In this document: positions 61,117 to 64,000 of the stretch, piece by piece
Layout of the letters: every line of letters starts with the position of its first letter
Numbering within the stretch: the stretch's first letter is position 1
Origin: an uncultured Planctomycetota bacterium
GTDB taxonomy: Bacteria > Planctomycetota > PLA2 > JAEUHO01
Length of the DNA: 64,000 nt
Direction: 5' to 3'
NCBI GenBank assembly: GCA_963752285.1
Contig: CAVVXN010000005.1
Coordinates: 1,888,001-1,952,000 of the forward strand
Program-made: the position numbers and the translations under genes
The notes under the pieces: generated by a model
What the model was told of the DNA's origin: nothing
What the model saw: the letters and a program-made list of their open reading frames with translations, nothing else
Databases searched by the model: none

Positions 61117-62466
61117 ATGGGCGTTTCGGAGCTCAAGCAGAAGGCCAAGGACGCCTTCCGTCGCAAGCAGTACGACCTCGCCATCGAGATGTACCTGGAA
61201 GCGCTGCGCTTCGAGGCAAACGATCGCGAGCTGGTCGAGGGCTTCTTCCAGGCCGCCCGGAAGGCCCGGGAGTCGAAGGGCAAGGCGCTCTTCGGGGGCA
61301 TGTTCTCGCGCATGTCACTCGGCTCGAGCCGGGACCCCGAGAAGCGGATGACCGCCTGCTTCCGCGGCCTCGCGAAGAACCCCGAGGACCGAAACCTCCT
61401 GCTCGCCCTCGGCGAGGCCGCCGGACAGCTGGGCAAGGACGAGACGGCCGTCGCCGCGTACCGCCTCGCCACCGAGGTGGACACGGAGGACGCGAAGACG
61501 TGGAAGTACCTCGGCGAGTTCCTGGGCCGGCTCGGCCGCATCGAAGAGGCCCTCGACGCGCTCGGCCAGTCGGTGCGGCTCGACCCGAAGGACCAGGAGG
61601 CCATGAAGCTCCGGAAGAACCTGGCCGCCGAGGGCGCCCTCCAGGCCGGGCGCTACCACGAAGCCGGCTCGAGCCGCGAGCTCATGAAGGACCAGGACGA
61701 GGCGCGCCGCCTGGAGGCCGACGCCCGCCTCCAGGTGACGCCCGAGCACGCACAGCAGGAGGTGGACCAGATCCGCGAGAAGATCCTCGCGACGCCGGAG
61801 AACCCGAGGCTCCACACCCGCCTCGCCGAGTTCCTGCTCCAGGCCGGCAAGGAGGACGAGGCCCTCGAAGCCCTCCGCGAGGCCTCGCGGCTCGACCCGC
61901 AGAACTTCGACCTGAGCGTGCGCACCGGCGACATCCAGCTCCGGAGCCTCCAGCGCGCGGCGCGCGCGGCCAAGGAGGCGCTCGAGGCCGCACCGGACGA
62001 CCCGAGCCGGCAGGCCCGCCGCGACGAGACCCTCCGCGTCTTCCTCGAGGCCCAGCGGGAGGAGTTCGGTCGTCGGGTCCACGAGCACCCCATGGACCTC
62101 GCGGAGCGGTTCCGGCTCGGCCGGACGCTCCTCGCGCTCGGCGACCTGGACCTGGCCGCCGCCGAGTTCCAGCAGACCGTGCGCGACCCCCGCCGCAAGA
62201 CGGAGAGCCTCCTGCTCCTCGCCACCTGCTTCGAGAAGAAGGGCCTCGGGAGCCTCGCCGTGAAGAAGCTCGAGGAGGCGATCGAGGACTTCCCGACGCC
62301 GACGAGCCCCCAGGCGAAGGACGTCCACTACGCATACGGCGACCTGCTCGAGCGTTCGGGCGACAGGGCGCGGGCCCGCGAGGTGTTCGAGCGGATCTTC
62401 GAGGTGGACATCACGTACCGCGACGTCTCCCAGCGCCTGACCTCGCTCACCGAGGCCCAGGCCTGA
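61117..62466 (+). CDS. Tetratricopeptide repeat protein
   Basis: Multiple TPR-like helical repeats; C-terminal DITYRDV; GGGAG RBS. Confidence 0.85.
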   Translation: MGVSELKQKAKDAFRRKQYDLAIEMYLEALRFEANDRELVEGFFQAARKARESKGKALFGGMFSRMSLGSSRDPEKRMTACFRGLAKNPEDRNLLLALGEAAGQLGKDETAVAAYRLATEVDTEDAKTWKYLGEFLGRLGRIEEALDALGQSVRLDPKDQEAMKLRKNLAAEGALQAGRYHEAGSSRELMKDQDEARRLEADARLQVTPEHAQQEVDQIREKILATPENPRLHTRLAEFLLQAGKEDEALEALREASRLDPQNFDLSVRTGDIQLRSLQRAARAAKEALEAAPDDPSRQARRDETLRVFLEAQREEFGRRVHEHPMDLAERFRLGRTLLALGDLDLAAAEFQQTVRDPRRKTESLLLLATCFEKKGLGSLAVKKLEEAIEDFPTPTSPQAKDVHYAYGDLLERSGDRARAREVFERIFEVDITYRDVSQRLTSLTEAQA

Positions 62467-62507
62467 GCCGGGGGCCGGGGCGGGCCGCGGCGGGCCCCCG
62501 CGCGGGG

Positions 62508-62527
62508 GCCGGGGGCGCCCGGCTTTT
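62508..62527 (+). terminator. Possible intrinsic terminator after the TPR gene
   Basis: GCCGGG-GGCG-CCCGGC hairpin followed by TTTT. Confidence 0.4.
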
Positions 62528-62595
62528 CCCGTGGACCCGCCCTCCCGGGCGGGCAAGATGGCTCGTTCGCCAGGACCCGCCAGGATCTCCCGTCC

Positions 62596-62856
62596 ATGCC
62601 GACCTCCCCCTCCGCCAAGAAGCGCCTGCGCCAGAACACGAGCCGGGCCGAGAAGAACCGCGCCCAGCGCTCCTCCATGCGGACCTTCGAGAAGCGGATC
62701 CTCTCCGAGATCGCCGCGGGACACGCCGACGCGGCCCGCGCCCTCCTCCCCCAGGTCTGCCAGCAGCTCGACAAGGCGGCGAAGAAGCGGCTGATCCACC
62801 CCAACACCGCGGCGAACCACAAGAGCCGGATCGCACGGAAGCTCGCCTCGCTCTGA
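62596..62856 (+). CDS. rpsT: 30S ribosomal protein S20
   Basis: SAKKRLRQ..N..S.MRT..K..LDKAAKKRLIHPNTAANHKSR. Confidence 0.96.
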   Translation: MPTSPSAKKRLRQNTSRAEKNRAQRSSMRTFEKRILSEIAAGHADAARALLPQVCQQLDKAAKKRLIHPNTAANHKSRIARKLASL

Positions 62857-62887
62857 CGCCGTCGCAGCGTCCCGTCGGGCGCCGGCC

Positions 62888-64000
62888 TCAGGCGCGCGAG
62901 GTGACCCGGCGCAGGACCTCGGGCAGGAGGGCCAGCGCGAGGTCCACCGTCCGCTCGTCCACCGCGTACGAGATGCGGAAGTAGCCCGGCCGACCGAACC
63001 CCGTGCCGGGCACGACGAGCAGGCGTTCTTCGAGCGCGGCCTCGGCGAACGCCACGTCGTCCATCCCGCCGGGCGTCCTCGGGAACACGTAGAAGGCGCC
63101 CTCGGGACGGACGACCTCGATGCCCGAGGCGTCGAGCGCGGCGAGGATCCGGCGGCGCGTGCGGTCGTAGCGCGTGACGTCCACCGTCACCTCGAGGAGC
63201 GTCTCGACGAGCCGCTGCTGGAGCGCGGGCGCGTTCACGAAGCCGAGGGCGCGCATCGAGAAGACGACGGCGCGCACGAGCGTCTCGGCGCCCTCGAGCC
63301 GCGGCGGGATCGCGACGTAGCCGATGCGCTCGCCGGGGAGGGCGAGGTCCTTGGAGAAGGACGTGACGTGCACCGTCGCGGGGTAGTGGTTCACGGGCCA
63401 CGGCACGTCCACGCCGTCGTAGACGATCGCGCGGTAGGGCTCGTCGGAGAGGAGGAGGATCGGACGCTCCCGGCCCGCCGACGCCCGGGCGAGCACCTCG
63501 GCCACCCGGGCGAGGTCCGCGTCGCCGTACACCACGCCGGTCGGGTTGTTCGGCGAGTTGAGGAGCAGCGCGCGGGTTCTCTCGGTGATCGCGCGCCGGA
63601 GGGCGTCGGGGTCGGGTCGGAACCGCTCGTCCGTCGGCACCACCACGGCGCGGCCGCCGTGGCTCGCGACGTAGTGCAGGTACTCGACGAAGTACGGCGC
63701 GAGGAGGAGGACCTCGTCGCCCGGGTCGAGGATCGAGCGGAGCACGACGTTGAGGCCCCCGCCGGCCCCCACCGTCATGACGACGTGCTCGGGCCCGTAC
63801 GGGACGCCGGTCCGGGCCGCGAGGTGCCGCGCGACCGCCTCGCGCGTGGGGAGGAGCCCGGCGTTCGGCATGTACCGGTGGAGCCCGGGGGTCTCGTCCG
63901 CGGCGACCTCGCGGAGCCGCGCGAGGACCTCCGGCGGGGGCTCCACGACCGGGTTCCCGAGCGAGAGGTCCGCGACCCGGTCCGCGCCGTACAGGCGCTT
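62888..64000 (-). CDS. PLP-dependent class I aminotransferase (aspartate aminotransferase-like), 5' end outside window
   Basis: DLSLGNP, NSPNNPTG, SDEPY, SFSKDLALPGERIGY, PEGAFY. Confidence 0.9.
   Translation of the reverse strand, partial: KRLYGADRVADLSLGNPVVEPPPEVLARLREVAADETPGLHRYMPNAGLLPTREAVARHLAARTGVPYGPEHVVMTVGAGGGLNVVLRSILDPGDEVLLLAPYFVEYLHYVASHGGRAVVVPTDERFRPDPDALRRAITERTRALLLNSPNNPTGVVYGDADLARVAEVLARASAGRERPILLLSDEPYRAIVYDGVDVPWPVNHYPATVHVTSFSKDLALPGERIGYVAIPPRLEGAETLVRAVVFSMRALGFVNAPALQQRLVETLLEVTVDVTRYDRTRRRILAALDASGIEVVRPEGAFYVFPRTPGGMDDVAFAEAALEERLLVVPGTGFGRPGYFRISYAVDERTVDLALALLPEVLRRVTSRA

Overview
Very high-GC bacterial chromosome segment, probably Planctomycetota. That assignment is an inference from the groEL-groES-groEL-dnaJ-grpE-fmdB-yacG order, EfpL and the Ig/CarboxypepD_reg surface proteins. 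It holds a complete nuoA-N complex I operon (minus strand), der, queE, a chaperone operon with no dnaK or CIRCE but a sigma54-type promoter plus tandem upstream boxes, two tandem thioredoxin-like secreted paralogs, yitJ, asnB, cutA, a diguanylate cyclase, a GMC oxidoreductase pair, efpL, tRNA-Phe, ribF, def, rpsT and a partial aminotransferase. The most unusual block is 42.4-56.1 kb. A DUF3798 CUT2-type ABC importer is followed by an 8-gene, largely translationally coupled module: a GlmL/MutL-like actin-fold ATPase (two 1-nt frameshifts, no glutamate mutase in the window), a barrel-sandwich-hybrid/KOW protein, an FN3-DUF6754 protein, a likely opposite-topology paralog of it and several polytopic membrane proteins. 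This is a candidate uncharacterised ATP-driven membrane machine. No CRISPR array, integrase or transposase was seen. Most long ORFs in the supplied track are antisense or off-frame shadows. All family calls come from motif recognition by eye, not database searches.
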